NCBI RefSeq assembly: GCF_003334405.1
Contig: NZ_QOWM01000006.1
DNA length: 64,000 nt
Source: Escherichia coli
Lineage (GTDB): Bacteria > Pseudomonadota > Gammaproteobacteria > Enterobacterales > Enterobacteriaceae
Direction: 5' to 3' (one strand)
Shown here: in pieces, positions 14,111 through 30,976 of the stretch
Position numbering within the stretch: the stretch's first letter is position 1
Layout: each line of letters starts with the position of its first letter
Position numbers and translations under genes: made by a program
Notes under the pieces: generated by a model
Databases searched by the model: none
What the model was told of the DNA's origin: nothing
What the model saw: the letters and a program-made list of their open reading frames with translations, nothing else

Positions 14111-15877
14111 ATGAAAGCAGCGGCGAAAACGCAGAAACCAAAACGTCAGGAAGAACATGCCAACTTTATCAGTTGGCGTTTTGCGTTGTTATGCGGCTGT
14201 ATTCTCCTGGCGCTGGCTTTTCTGCTCGGACGCGTAGCGTGGTTACAAGTTATCTCCCCGGATATGCTGGTGAAAGAGGGCGACATGCGTTCTCTTCGCG
14301 TTCAGCAAGTTTCCACCTCCCGCGGCATGATTACTGACCGTTCTGGTCGCCCGTTAGCGGTGAGCGTGCCGGTAAAAGCGATTTGGGCTGACCCGAAAGA
14401 AGTGCATGACGCTGGCGGTATCAGCGTCGGTGACCGCTGGAAGGCGCTGGCTAACGCGCTCAATATTCCGCTGGATCAGCTTTCAGCCCGCATTAACGCC
14501 AACCCGAAAGGGCGCTTTATTTATCTGGCGCGTCAGGTGAACCCTGACATGGCGGACTACATCAAAAAACTGAAACTGCCGGGGATTCATCTGCGTGAAG
14601 AGTCTCGCCGTTACTATCCGTCCGGCGAAGTGACTGCTCACCTCATCGGCTTTACTAACGTCGATAGTCAAGGGATTGAGGGCGTTGAGAAGAGTTTCGA
14701 TAAATGGCTTACCGGGCAGCCGGGTGAGCGCATTGTGCGTAAAGACCGCTATGGTCGCGTAATTGAAGATATTTCTTCTACTGACAGCCAGGCAGCGCAC
14801 AACCTGGCGCTGAGTATTGATGAACGCCTGCAGGCGCTGGTTTATCGCGAACTGAACAACGCGGTGGCCTTTAACAAGGCTGAATCTGGTAGCGCCGTGC
14901 TGGTGGATGTCAACACCGGTGAAGTGCTGGCGATGGCTAACAGCCCGTCATACAACCCTAACAATCTGAGCGGCACGCCGAAAGAGGCGATGCGTAACCG
15001 TACCATCACCGACGTGTTTGAACCGGGCTCAACGGTTAAACCGATGGTGGTAATGACCGCGTTGCAACGTGGCGTGGTGCGGGAAAACTCGGTACTCAAT
15101 ACCATTCCTTATCGAATTAACGGCCACGAAATCAAAGACGTGGCACGCTACAGCGAATTAACCCTGACCGGGGTATTACAGAAGTCGAGTAACGTCGGTG
15201 TTTCCAAGCTGGCGTTAGCGATGCCGTCCTCAGCGTTAGTAGATACTTACTCACGTTTTGGACTGGGAAAAGCGACCAATTTGGGGTTGGTCGGAGAACG
15301 CAGTGGCTTATATCCTCAAAAACAACGGTGGTCTGACATAGAGAGGGCCACCTTCTCTTTCGGCTACGGGCTAATGGTAACACCATTACAGTTAGCGCGA
15401 GTCTACGCAACTATCGGCAGCTACGGCATTTATCGCCCACTGTCGATTACCAAAGTTGACCCCCCGGTTCCCGGTGAACGTGTCTTCCCGGAATCCATTG
15501 TCCGCACTGTGGTGCATATGATGGAAAGCGTGGCGCTACCAGGCGGCGGCGGCGTGAAGGCGGCGATTAAAGGCTATCGTATCGCCATTAAAACCGGTAC
15601 CGCGAAAAAGGTCGGGCCGGACGGTCGCTACATCAATAAATATATTGCTTATACCGCAGGCGTTGCGCCTGCGAGTCAGCCGCGCTTCGCGCTGGTTGTT
15701 GTTATCAACGATCCGCAGGCGGGTAAATACTACGGCGGCGCCGTTTCCGCGCCGGTCTTTGGTGCCATCATGGGCGGCGTATTGCGTACCATGAACATCG
15801 AGCCGGATGCGCTGACAACGGGCGATAAAAATGAATTTGTGATTAATCAAGGCGAGGGGACAGGTGGCAGATCGTAA
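14111..15877 (+). CDS. ftsI: Peptidoglycan D,D-transpeptidase FtsI (PBP3), 588 aa
   Basis: 588-aa ORF with penicillin-binding motifs STVK, SSN and KTG. Confidence 0.97.
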
Positions 15878-17351
15878 TTTGCGCGACCTTCTTGCTCCGT
15901 GGGTGCCAGACGCACCTTCGCGAGCACTGCGAGAGATGACACTCGACAGCCGTGTGGCTGCGGCGGGCGATCTCTTTGTAGCTGTAGTAGGTCATCAGGC
16001 GGACGGGCGTCGATATATCCCGCAGGCGATAGCGCAAGGTGTGGCTGCCATTATTGCAGAGGCGAAAGATGAGGCGACCGATGGTGAAATCCGTGAAATG
16101 CACGGCGTACCGGTCATCTATCTCAGCCAGCTCAACGAGCGTTTATCTGCACTGGCGGGCCGCTTTTACCATGAACCCTCTGACAATTTACGTCTCGTGG
16201 GCGTAACGGGCACCAACGGCAAAACCACGACTACCCAGCTGTTGGCGCAGTGGAGCCAACTGCTTGGCGAAACCAGCGCGGTAATGGGCACCGTTGGTAA
16301 CGGCCTGCTGGGGAAAGTGATCCCGACAGAAAATACAACCGGTTCGGCAGTCGATGTTCAGCATGAGCTGGCGGGGCTGGTGGATCAGGGCGCGACGTTT
16401 TGCGCAATGGAAGTTTCCTCCCACGGGCTGGTACAGCACCGTGTGGCGGCATTGAAATTTGCGGCGTCGGTCTTTACCAACTTAAGCCGCGATCACCTTG
16501 ATTATCATGGTGATATGGAACACTACGAAGCCGCGAAATGGCTGCTTTATTCTGAGCATCATTGCGGTCAGGCGATTATTAACGCCGACGATGAAGTGGG
16601 CCGCCGCTGGCTGGCAAAACTGCCGGACGCGGTTGCGGTATCAATGGAAGATCATATTAATCCGAACTGTCACGGACGCTGGTTGAAAGCGACCGAAGTG
16701 AACTATCACGACAGCGGTGCGACGATTCGCTTTAGCTCAAGTTGGGGCGATGGCGAAATTGAAAGCCATCTGATGGGCGCTTTTAACGTCAGCAACCTGC
16801 TGCTCGCGCTGGCGACACTGTTGGCACTCGGCTATCCACTGGCTGATCTGCTGAAAACCGCCGCGCGTCTGCAACCGGTTTGCGGACGTATGGAAGTGTT
16901 CACTGCGCCAGGCAAACCGACGGTGGTGGTGGATTACGCGCATACGCCGGATGCACTGGAAAAAGCCTTACAGGCGGCGCGTCTGCACTGTGCGGGCAAG
17001 CTGTGGTGTGTCTTTGGCTGTGGTGGCGATCGCGATAAAGGTAAGCGTCCACTGATGGGCGCAATTGCCGAAGAGTTTGCTGACGTGGCGGTGGTGACGG
17101 ACGATAACCCGCGTACCGAAGAACCGCGTGCCATCATCAACGATATTCTGGCGGGAATGTTAGATGCCGGACATGCCAAAGTGATGGAAGGCCGTGCTGA
17201 AGCGGTGACTTGCGCCGTTATGCAGGCTAAAGAGAATGATGTGGTACTGGTCGCGGGCAAAGGCCATGAAGATTACCAGATTGTTGGCAATCAGCGTCTG
17301 GACTACTCCGATCGCGTCACGGTGGCGCGTCTGCTGGGGGTGATTGCATGA
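15864..17351 (+). CDS. murE: UDP-MurNAc-tripeptide synthetase (meso-DAP adding), 495 aa
   Basis: [21 protein letters not shown]... with Mur ligase ATP motif [11 protein letters not shown]; overlaps ftsI by 14 nt. Confidence 0.97.
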
Positions 17352-18706
17352 TTAGCGTAACCCTTAGCCAACTTACCGACATTCTCAACGGTGAACTGCA
17401 AGGTGCAGATATCACCCTTGATGCTGTAACCACTGATACCCGAAAACTGACGCCGGGCTGCCTGTTTGTTGCCCTGAAAGGCGAACGTTTTGATGCCCAC
17501 GATTTTGCCGACCAGGCGAAAGCTGGCGGCGCAGGCGCACTACTGGTTAGCCGTCCGCTGGACATCGACCTGCCGCAGTTAATCGTCAAGGATACGCGTC
17601 TGGCGTTTGGTGAACTGGCTGCATGGGTTCGCCAGCAAGTTCCGGCGCGCGTGGTTGCTCTGACGGGGTCCTCCGGCAAAACCTCCGTTAAAGAGATGAC
17701 GGCGGCGATTTTAAGCCAGTGCGGCAACACGCTTTATACGGCAGGCAATCTCAACAACGACATCGGTGTACCGATGACGCTGTTGCGCTTAACGCCGGAA
17801 TACGATTACGCAGTTATTGAACTTGGCGCGAACCATCAGGGCGAAATAGCCTGGACTGTGAGTCTGACTCGCCCGGAAGCTGCGCTGGTCAACAACCTGG
17901 CAGCGGCGCATCTGGAAGGTTTTGGCTCGCTTGCGGGTGTCGCGAAAGCGAAAGGTGAAATCTTTAGCGGCCTGCCGGAAAACGGTATCGCCATTATGAA
18001 CGCCGACAACAACGACTGGCTGAACTGGCAGAGCGTAATTGGCTCACGCAAAGTGTGGCGTTTCTCACCCAATGCCGCCAACAGCGATTTCACCGCCACC
18101 AATATCCATGTGACCTCGCACGGTACGGAATTTACCCTACAAACCCCAACCGGTAGCGTCGATGTTCTGCTGCCGTTGCCGGGGCGTCACAATATTGCGA
18201 ATGCGCTGGCAGCCGCTGCGCTCTCCATGTCCGTGGGCGCAACGCTTGATGCTATCAAAGCGGGGCTGGCAAATCTGAAAGCTGTTCCAGGCCGTCTGTT
18301 CCCCATCCAACTGGCAGAAAACCAGTTGCTGCTCGACGACTCCTACAACGCCAATGTCGGTTCAATGACTGCAGCAGTCCAGGTACTGGCTGAAATGCCG
18401 GGCTACCGCGTGCTGGTGGTGGGCGATATGGCGGAACTGGGCGCTGAAAGCGAAGCCTGCCATGTACAGGTGGGCGAGGCGGCAAAAGCTGCTGGTATTG
18501 ACCGCGTGTTAAGCGTGGGTAAACAAAGCCATGCTATCAGCACCGCCAGCGGCGTTGGCGAACATTTTGCTGATAAAACTGCGTTAATTACGCGTCTTAA
18601 ATTACTGATTGCTGAGCAACAGGTAATTACGATTTTAGTTAAGGGTTCACGTAGTGCCGCCATGGAAGAGGTAGTACGCGCTTTACAGGAGAATGGGACA
18701 TGTTAG
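17348..18706 (+). CDS. murF: UDP-MurNAc-pentapeptide synthetase (D-Ala-D-Ala adding), 452 aa
   Basis: 452-aa Mur ligase with motif GSSGKTS; ATGA overlap with murE. Confidence 0.97.
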
Positions 18707-19782
18707 TTTGGCTGGCCGAACATTTGGTCAAATATTATTCCGGCTTTAACGTCTTTTCCTATCTGACGTTTCGCGCCATCGTCAGCCTGCTGACCGCGCT
18801 GTTCATCTCATTGTGGATGGGCCCGCGTATGATTGCTCATTTGCAAAAACTTTCCTTTGGTCAGGTGGTGCGTAACGACGGTCCTGAATCACACTTCAGC
18901 AAGCGCGGTACGCCGACCATGGGCGGGATTATGATCCTGACGGCGATTGTGATCTCCGTACTGCTGTGGGCTTACCCGTCCAATCCGTACGTCTGGTGCG
19001 TGTTGGTGGTGCTGGTAGGTTACGGTGTTATTGGCTTTGTTGATGATTATCGCAAAGTGGTGCGTAAAGACACCAAAGGGTTGATCGCTCGTTGGAAGTA
19101 TTTCTGGATGTCGGTCATTGCGCTGGGTGTCGCCTTCGCCCTGTACCTTGCCGGCAAAGACACGCCCGCAACGCAGCTGGTGGTCCCATTCTTTAAAGAT
19201 GTGATGCCGCAGCTGGGGCTGTTCTACATTCTGCTGGCTTACTTCGTCATTGTGGGTACTGGCAACGCGGTAAACCTGACCGATGGTCTCGACGGCCTGG
19301 CAATTATGCCGACCGTATTTGTCGCCGGTGGTTTTGCGCTGGTGGCGTGGGCGACCGGCAATATGAACTTTGCCAGCTACTTGCATATACCGTATCTGCG
19401 ACACGCCGGGGAACTGGTTATTGTCTGTACCGCGATAGTCGGGGCAGGACTGGGCTTCCTGTGGTTTAACACCTATCCGGCGCAGGTCTTTATGGGCGAT
19501 GTAGGTTCGCTGGCGTTAGGTGGTGCGTTAGGCATTATCGCCGTACTGCTACGTCAGGAATTCCTGCTGGTGATTATGGGGGGCGTGTTCGTGGTAGAAA
19601 CGCTTTCTGTCATCCTGCAGGTCGGCTCCTTTAAACTGCGCGGACAACGTATTTTCCGCATGGCACCGATTCATCACCACTATGAACTGAAAGGCTGGCC
19701 GGAACCGCGCGTCATTGTGCGTTTCTGGATTATTTCGCTGATGCTGGTTCTGATTGGTCTGGCAACGCTGAAGGTACGTTAA
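18700..19782 (+). CDS. mraY: Phospho-MurNAc-pentapeptide translocase MraY, 360 aa
   Basis: 360-aa polytopic membrane protein, [24 protein letters not shown]... Confidence 0.97.
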
Positions 19783-19784
19783 TC

Positions 19785-21101
19785 ATGGCTGATTATCAGG
19801 GTAAAAATGTCGTCATTATCGGCCTGGGCCTCACCGGGCTTTCCTGCGTGGACTTTTTCCTCGCTCGCGGTGTGACGCCGCGCGTTATGGATACGCGTAT
19901 GACACCGCCTGGCCTGGATAAATTACCCGAAGCCGTAGAACGCCACACGGGCAGTCTGAATGATGAATGGCTGATGGCGGCAGATCTGATTGTCGCCAGT
20001 CCCGGTATTGCACTGGCGCATCCATCCTTAAGCGCTGCCGCTGATGCCGGAATCGAAATCGTTGGCGATATCGAGCTGTTCTGTCGCGAAGCACAAGCAC
20101 CGATTGTGGCGATTACCGGTTCTAACGGCAAAAGCACGGTCACCACGCTAGTGGGTGAAATGGCGAAAGCGGCGGGGGTTAACGTTGGTGTGGGTGGCAA
20201 TATTGGCCTGCCTGCGTTGATGCTACTGGATGATGAGTGTGAACTGTACGTGCTGGAACTGTCGAGCTTCCAGCTGGAAACCACCTCCAGCTTACAGGCG
20301 GTAGCAGCGACCATTCTGAACGTGACTGAAGATCATATGGATCGCTATCCGTTTGGTTTACAACAGTATCGTGCAGCAAAACTGCGCATTTACGAAAACG
20401 CGAAAGTTTGCGTGGTTAATGCTGATGATGCCTTAACAATGCCGATTCGCGGTGCGGATGAACGCTGCGTCAGCTTTGGCGTCAACATGGGTGACTATCA
20501 CCTGAATCATCAGCAGGGCGAAACCTGGCTGCGGGTTAAAGGCGAGAAAGTGCTGAATGTGAAAGAGATGAAACTTTCCGGGCAGCATAACTACACCAAT
20601 GCGCTGGCGGCGCTGGCGCTGGCAGATGCTGCAGGGTTACCGCGTGCCAGCAGCCTGAAAGCGTTAACCACATTCACTGGTCTGCCGCATCGCTTTGAAG
20701 TTGTGCTGGAGCATAACGGCGTACGTTGGATTAACGATTCGAAAGCGACCAACGTCGGCAGTACGGAAGCGGCGCTGAATGGCCTGCACGTAGACGGCAC
20801 ACTGCATTTGTTGCTGGGTGGCGATGGTAAATCGGCGGACTTTAGCCCACTGGCGCGTTACCTGAATGGCGATAACGTACGTCTGTATTGTTTCGGTCGT
20901 GACGGCGCGCAGCTGGCGGCGCTACGCCCGGAAGTGGCAGAACAAACCGAAACTATGGAACAGGCGATGCGCTTGCTGGCTCCGCGTGTTCAGCCGGGCG
21001 ATATGGTTCTGCTCTCCCCAGCCTGTGCCAGCCTTGATCAGTTCAAGAACTTTGAACAACGAGGCAATGAGTTTGCCCGTCTGGCGAAGGAGTTAGGTTG
21101 A
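19785..21101 (+). CDS. murD: UDP-MurNAc-L-Ala:D-Glu ligase, 438 aa
   Basis: 438-aa Mur ligase (GSNGKST). Confidence 0.97.
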
Positions 21102-22345
21102 TGCGTTTATCTCTCCCTCGCCTGAAAATGCCGCGCCTGCCAGGATTCAGTATCCTGGTCTGGATCTCCACGGCGCTAAAGGGCTGGGTGATGGGCTCGC
21201 GGGAAAAAGATACCGACAGCCTGATCATGTACGATCGCACCTTACTGTGGCTGACCTTCGGCCTCGCGGCGATTGGCTTTATCATGGTGACCTCGGCGTC
21301 AATGCCCATAGGGCAACGCTTAACCAACGATCCGTTCTTCTTCGCGAAGCGTGATGGTGTCTATCTGATTTTGGCGTTTATTCTGGCGATCATTACGCTG
21401 CGTCTGCCGATGGAGTTCTGGCAACGCTACAGTGCCACGATGCTGCTCGGATCTATCATCCTGCTGATGATCGTCCTGGTAGTGGGTAGCTCGGTTAAAG
21501 GGGCATCGCGTTGGATCGATCTCGGTTTGCTGCGTATCCAGCCTGCGGAGCTGACAAAACTGTCGCTGTTTTGCTATATCGCCAACTATCTGGTGCGTAA
21601 AGGCGACGAAGTACGTAATAACCTGCGCGGCTTCCTGAAACCGATGGGCGTGATTCTGGTGTTGGCAGTGTTACTGCTGGCACAGCCAGACCTTGGTACG
21701 GTGGTGGTGTTGTTTGTGACTACGCTGGCGATGTTGTTCCTGGCGGGAGCGAAATTGTGGCAGTTCATTGCCATTATCGGTATGGGCATTTCAGCGGTTG
21801 TGTTGCTGATACTCGCCGAACCGTACCGTATCCGCCGTGTTACCGCATTCTGGAACCCGTGGGAAGATCCCTTTGGCAGCGGCTATCAGTTAACGCAATC
21901 GCTGATGGCGTTTGGTCGCGGCGAACTTTGGGGGCAAGGTTTAGGTAACTCGGTACAAAAACTGGAGTATCTGCCGGAAGCGCACACTGACTTTATTTTC
22001 GCCATTATCGGCGAAGAACTGGGGTATGTCGGTGTGGTGCTGGCACTTTTAATGGTATTCTTCGTCGCTTTTCGCGCGATGTCGATTGGCCGTAAAGCAT
22101 TAGAAATTGACCACCGTTTTTCCGGTTTTCTCGCCTGTTCTATTGGCATCTGGTTTAGCTTCCAGGCGCTGGTTAACGTAGGCGCGGCGGCGGGGATGTT
22201 ACCGACCAAAGGTCTGACATTGCCGCTGATCAGTTACGGTGGTTCGAGCTTACTGATTATGTCGACAGCCATCATGATGCTGTTGCGTATTGATTATGAA
22301 ACGCGTCTGGAGAAAGCGCAGGCGTTTGTACGAGGTTCACGATGA
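21101..22345 (+). CDS. ftsW: Cell division protein FtsW (SEDS family), 414 aa
   Basis: Polytopic SEDS-family [24 protein letters not shown]...; ATG at 21101 overlaps the murD TGA by 1 nt (the track begins at an upstream TTG). Confidence 0.95.
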
Positions 22346-23409
22346 GTGGTCAAGGAAAGCGATTAATGGTGATGGCAGGCGGAACCGGTGGACATGTATT
22401 CCCGGGACTGGCGGTTGCGCACCATCTAATGGCTCAGGGTTGGCAAGTTCGCTGGCTGGGGACTGCCGACCGTATGGAAGCGGACTTAGTGCCAAAACAT
22501 GGCATCGAAATTGATTTCATTCGTATCTCTGGTCTGCGTGGAAAAGGTATAAAAGCACTGATAGCTGCCCCGCTGCGTATCTTCAACGCCTGGCGTCAGG
22601 CGCGGGCGATTATGAAAGCGTACAAACCTGACGTGGTGCTCGGTATGGGAGGCTACGTGTCAGGTCCAGGTGGTCTGGCCGCGTGGTCGTTAGGCATTCC
22701 GGTTGTACTTCATGAACAAAACGGTATTGCGGGCTTAACCAATAAATGGCTGGCGAAGATTGCCACCAAAGTGATGCAGGCGTTTCCAGGTGCTTTCCCT
22801 AATGCGGAAGTAGTGGGTAACCCGGTGCGTACCGATGTGTTGGCGCTGCCGTTGCCGCAGCAACGTTTGGCTGGACGTGAAGGTCCGGTTCGTGTGCTGG
22901 TAGTGGGTGGTTCTCAGGGCGCACGCATTCTTAACCAGACAATGCCGCAGGTTGCTGCGAAACTGGGTGATTCAGTCACTATCTGGCATCAGAGCGGCAA
23001 AGGTTCGCAACAATCCGTTGAACAGGCGTATGCCGAAGCGGGGCAACCGCAGCATAAAGTGACGGAATTTATTGATGATATGGCGGCGGCGTATGCGTGG
23101 GCGGATGTCGTCGTTTGCCGCTCCGGTGCGTTAACGGTGAGTGAAATCGCCGCGGCAGGACTACCGGCGTTGTTTGTGCCGTTTCAACATAAAGACCGCC
23201 AGCAATACTGGAATGCGCTACCGCTGGAAAAAGCGGGCGCAGCCAAAATTATCGAGCAGCCACAGCTTAGCGTGGATGCTGTCGCCAACACCCTGGCCGG
23301 GTGGTCGCGAGAAACCTTATTAACCATGGCAGAACGCGCCCGCGCTGCATCCATTCCGGATGCCACCGAGCGAGTGGCAAATGAAGTGAGCCGGGTTGCC
23401 CGGGCGTAA
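22342..23409 (+). CDS. murG: UDP-GlcNAc:lipid I GlcNAc transferase MurG, 355 aa
   Basis: 355-aa glycosyltransferase, [22 protein letters not shown]...; ATGA overlap with ftsW. Confidence 0.97.
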
Positions 23410-23462
23410 TTGTAGCGATGCCTTTTGCATCGTATGAATTTAAGAAGTTAATGGCGTAAAGA

Positions 23463-25851
<2,389 letters not shown>

Positions 25852-25852
25852 T

Positions 25853-26683
25853 ATGTCGCAGGCTGCTCTGAACACGCGAAACAGCGAAGAAGAGGTTTCT
25901 TCTCGCCGCAATAATGGAACGCGTCTGGCGGGGATCCTTTTCCTGCTGACCGTTTTAACGACAGTGTTGGTGAGCGGCTGGGTCGTGTTGGGCTGGATGG
26001 AAGATGCGCAACGCCTGCCGCTCTCAAAGCTGGTGTTGACCGGTGAACGCCATTACACACGTAATGACGATATCCGGCAGTCGATCCTGGCATTGGGTGA
26101 GCCGGGTACCTTTATGACCCAGGATGTCAACATCATCCAGACGCAAATAGAACAACGCCTGCCGTGGATTAAGCAGGTGAGCGTCAGAAAGCAGTGGCCT
26201 GATGAATTGAAGATTCATCTGGTTGAATATGTGCCGATTGCGCGGTGGAATGATCAACATATGGTAGACGCGGAAGGAAATACCTTCAGCGTGCCGCCAG
26301 AACGCACCAGCAAGCAGGTGCTTCCAATGCTGTATGGCCCGGAAGGCAGCGCCAATGAAGTGTTGCAGGGCTATCGCGAAATGGGGCAGATGCTGGCAAA
26401 GGACAGATTTACTCTGAAGGAAGCGGCGATGACCGCGCGGCGTTCCTGGCAGTTGACGCTGAATAACGATATTAAGCTCAATCTTGGCCGGGGCGATACG
26501 ATGAAACGTTTGGCTCGCTTTGTAGAACTTTATCCGGTTTTACAGCAGCAGGCGCAAACCGATGGCAAACGGATTAGCTACGTTGATTTGCGTTATGACT
26601 CTGGAGCGGCAGTAGGCTGGGCGCCCTTGCCGCCAGAGGAATCTACTCAGCAACAAAATCAGGCACAGGCAGAACAACAATGA
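25853..26683 (+). CDS. ftsQ: Cell division protein FtsQ, 276 aa
   Basis: 276-aa bitopic protein with one TM segment ([24 protein letters not shown]). Confidence 0.96.
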   Translation: MSQAALNTRNSEEEVSSRRNNGTRLAGILFLLTVLTTVLVSGWVVLGWMEDAQRLPLSKLVLTGERHYTRNDDIRQSILALGEPGTFMTQDVNIIQTQIEQRLPWIKQVSVRKQWPDELKIHLVEYVPIARWNDQHMVDAEGNTFSVPPERTSKQVLPMLYGPEGSANEVLQGYREMGQMLAKDRFTLKEAAMTARRSWQLTLNNDIKLNLGRGDTMKRLARFVELYPVLQQQAQTDGKRISYVDLRYDSGAAVGWAPLPPEESTQQQNQAQAEQQ

Positions 26684-27942
26684 TCAAGGCGACGGACAGA
26701 AAACTGGTAGTAGGACTGGAGATTGGTACCGCGAAGGTTGCCGCTTTAGTAGGGGAAGTTCTGCCCGACGGTATGGTCAATATCATTGGCGTGGGCAGCT
26801 GCCCGTCGCGTGGTATGGATAAAGGCGGGGTGAACGACCTCGAATCCGTGGTCAAGTGCGTACAACGCGCCATTGACCAGGCAGAATTGATGGCAGATTG
26901 TCAGATCTCTTCGGTATATCTGGCGCTTTCTGGTAAGCACATCAGCTGCCAGAATGAAATTGGTATGGTGCCTATTTCTGAAGAAGAAGTGACGCAAGAA
27001 GATGTGGAAAACGTCGTCCATACCGCGAAATCGGTGCGTGTGCGCGATGAGCATCGTGTGCTGCATGTGATCCCGCAAGAGTATGCGATTGACTATCAGG
27101 AAGGGATCAAGAATCCGGTAGGACTTTCGGGCGTGCGGATGCAGGCAAAAGTGCACCTGATCACATGTCACAACGATATGGCGAAAAACATCGTCAAAGC
27201 GGTTGAACGTTGTGGGCTGAAAGTTGACCAACTGATATTTGCCGGACTGGCATCAAGTTATTCGGTATTGACGGAAGATGAACGTGAACTGGGTGTCTGC
27301 GTCGTCGATATCGGTGGTGGTACAATGGATATCGCCGTTTATACCGGTGGGGCATTGCGCCACACTAAGGTAATTCCTTATGCTGGCAATGTCGTGACCA
27401 GTGATATCGCTTACGCCTTTGGCACGCCGCCAAGCGACGCCGAAGCGATTAAAGTTCGCCACGGTTGTGCGCTGGGTTCCATCGTTGGAAAAGATGAGAG
27501 CGTGGAAGTGCCGAGCGTAGGTGGTCGTCCGCCACGGAGTCTGCAACGTCAGACACTGGCAGAGGTGATCGAGCCGCGCTATACCGAGCTGCTCAACCTG
27601 GTCAACGAAGAGATATTGCAGTTGCAGGAAAAGCTTCGCCAACAAGGGGTTAAACATCACCTGGCGGCAGGCATTGTATTAACCGGTGGCGCAGCGCAGA
27701 TCGAAGGTCTTGCAGCCTGTGCTCAGCGCGTGTTTCATACGCAAGTGCGTATCGGCGCGCCGCTGAACATTACCGGTTTAACGGATTATGCTCAGGAGCC
27801 GTATTATTCGACGGCGGTGGGATTGCTTCACTATGGGAAAGAGTCACATCTTAACGGTGAAGCTGAAGTAGAAAAACGTGTTACAGCATCAGTTGGCTCG
27901 TGGATCAAGCGACTCAATAGTTGGCTGCGAAAAGAGTTTTAA
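26680..27942 (+). CDS. ftsA: Cell division protein FtsA (actin-like ATPase), 420 aa
   Basis: 420-aa ORF with actin/Hsp70-fold motifs (DIGGGTMD); ATGA overlap with ftsQ. Confidence 0.97.
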   Translation: MIKATDRKLVVGLEIGTAKVAALVGEVLPDGMVNIIGVGSCPSRGMDKGGVNDLESVVKCVQRAIDQAELMADCQISSVYLALSGKHISCQNEIGMVPISEEEVTQEDVENVVHTAKSVRVRDEHRVLHVIPQEYAIDYQEGIKNPVGLSGVRMQAKVHLITCHNDMAKNIVKAVERCGLKVDQLIFAGLASSYSVLTEDERELGVCVVDIGGGTMDIAVYTGGALRHTKVIPYAGNVVTSDIAYAFGTPPSDAEAIKVRHGCALGSIVGKDESVEVPSVGGRPPRSLQRQTLAEVIEPRYTELLNLVNEEILQLQEKLRQQGVKHHLAAGIVLTGGAAQIEGLAACAQRVFHTQVRIGAPLNITGLTDYAQEPYYSTAVGLLHYGKESHLNGEAEVEKRVTASVGSWIKRLNSWLRKEF

Positions 27943-28002
27943 TTTTTATGAGGCCGACGATGATTACGGCCTCAGGCGACAGGCACAAATCGGAGAGAAA
28001 CT

Positions 28003-29154
28003 ATGTTTGAACCAATGGAACTTACCAATGACGCGGTGATTAAAGTCATCGGCGTCGGCGGCGGCGGCGGTAATGCTGTTGAACACATGGTGCGCGAGCG
28101 CATTGAAGGTGTTGAATTCTTCGCGGTAAATACCGATGCACAAGCGCTGCGTAAAACAGCGGTTGGACAGACGATTCAAATCGGTAGCGGTATCACCAAA
28201 GGACTGGGCGCTGGCGCTAATCCAGAAGTTGGCCGCAATGCGGCTGATGAGGATCGCGATGCATTGCGTGCGGCGCTGGAAGGTGCAGACATGGTCTTTA
28301 TTGCTGCGGGTATGGGTGGTGGTACCGGTACAGGTGCAGCACCAGTCGTCGCTGAAGTGGCAAAAGATTTGGGTATCCTGACCGTTGCTGTCGTCACTAA
28401 GCCTTTCAACTTTGAAGGCAAGAAGCGTATGGCATTCGCGGAGCAGGGGATCACTGAACTGTCCAAGCATGTGGACTCTCTGATCACTATCCCGAACGAC
28501 AAACTGCTGAAAGTTCTGGGCCGCGGTATCTCCCTGCTGGATGCGTTTGGCGCAGCGAACGATGTACTGAAAGGCGCTGTGCAAGGTATCGCTGAACTGA
28601 TTACTCGTCCGGGTTTGATGAACGTGGACTTTGCAGACGTACGCACCGTAATGTCTGAGATGGGCTACGCAATGATGGGTTCTGGCGTGGCGAGCGGTGA
28701 AGACCGTGCGGAAGAAGCTGCTGAAATGGCTATCTCTTCTCCGCTGCTGGAAGATATCGACCTGTCTGGCGCGCGCGGCGTGCTGGTTAACATCACGGCG
28801 GGCTTCGACCTGCGTCTGGATGAGTTCGAAACGGTAGGTAACACCATCCGTGCATTTGCTTCCGACAACGCGACTGTGGTTATCGGTACTTCTCTTGACC
28901 CGGATATGAATGACGAGCTGCGCGTAACCGTTGTTGCGACAGGTATCGGCATGGACAAACGTCCTGAAATCACTCTGGTGACCAATAAGCAGGTTCAGCA
29001 GCCAGTGATGGATCGCTACCAGCAGCATGGGATGGCTCCGCTGACCCAGGAGCAGAAGCCGGTTGCTAAAGTCGTGAATGACAATGCGCCGCAAACTGCG
29101 AAAGAGCCGGATTATCTGGATATCCCAGCATTCCTGCGTAAGCAAGCTGATTAA
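28003..29154 (+). CDS. ftsZ: Cell division GTPase FtsZ, 383 aa
   Basis: 383-aa ORF with tubulin signature GGGTGTG and N-terminal [14 protein letters not shown]. Confidence 0.98.
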
Positions 29155-29233
29155 GAATTGACTGGAATTTGGGTTTCGAGGCTCTTTGTGCTAAACTGGC
29201 CCGCCGAATGTATAGTACACTTCGGTTGGATAG

Positions 29234-30172
<939 letters not shown>

Positions 30173-30198
30173 CGACATTTATACTGTCGTATAAAATT

Positions 30199-30915
<717 letters not shown>

Positions 30916-30976
30916 CAACAATAAACCTTTACTTCATTTTATTAACTCCGCAACGCGGGGCGTTTGAGATTTTATT

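Noticed and set aside
27964-29145. Long antisense ORFs opposite highly expressed genes: 393 aa opposite ftsZ (27964..29145 -), 757 aa opposite aceE (45964..48237 -), 409 aa opposite aceF (49101..50330 -), 376 aa opposite secA (32372..33502 -), 370 aa opposite acnB (54880..55992 -), 249 aa opposite secA (31337..32086 -). The coordinates given for this entry are the first of these.
   Set aside because: They lie entirely within well-supported sense genes, have no RBS, and their translations are low-complexity or Arg/His/Cys-rich. Long open antisense frames are an expected by-product of strong codon bias in GC-balanced coding sequence.
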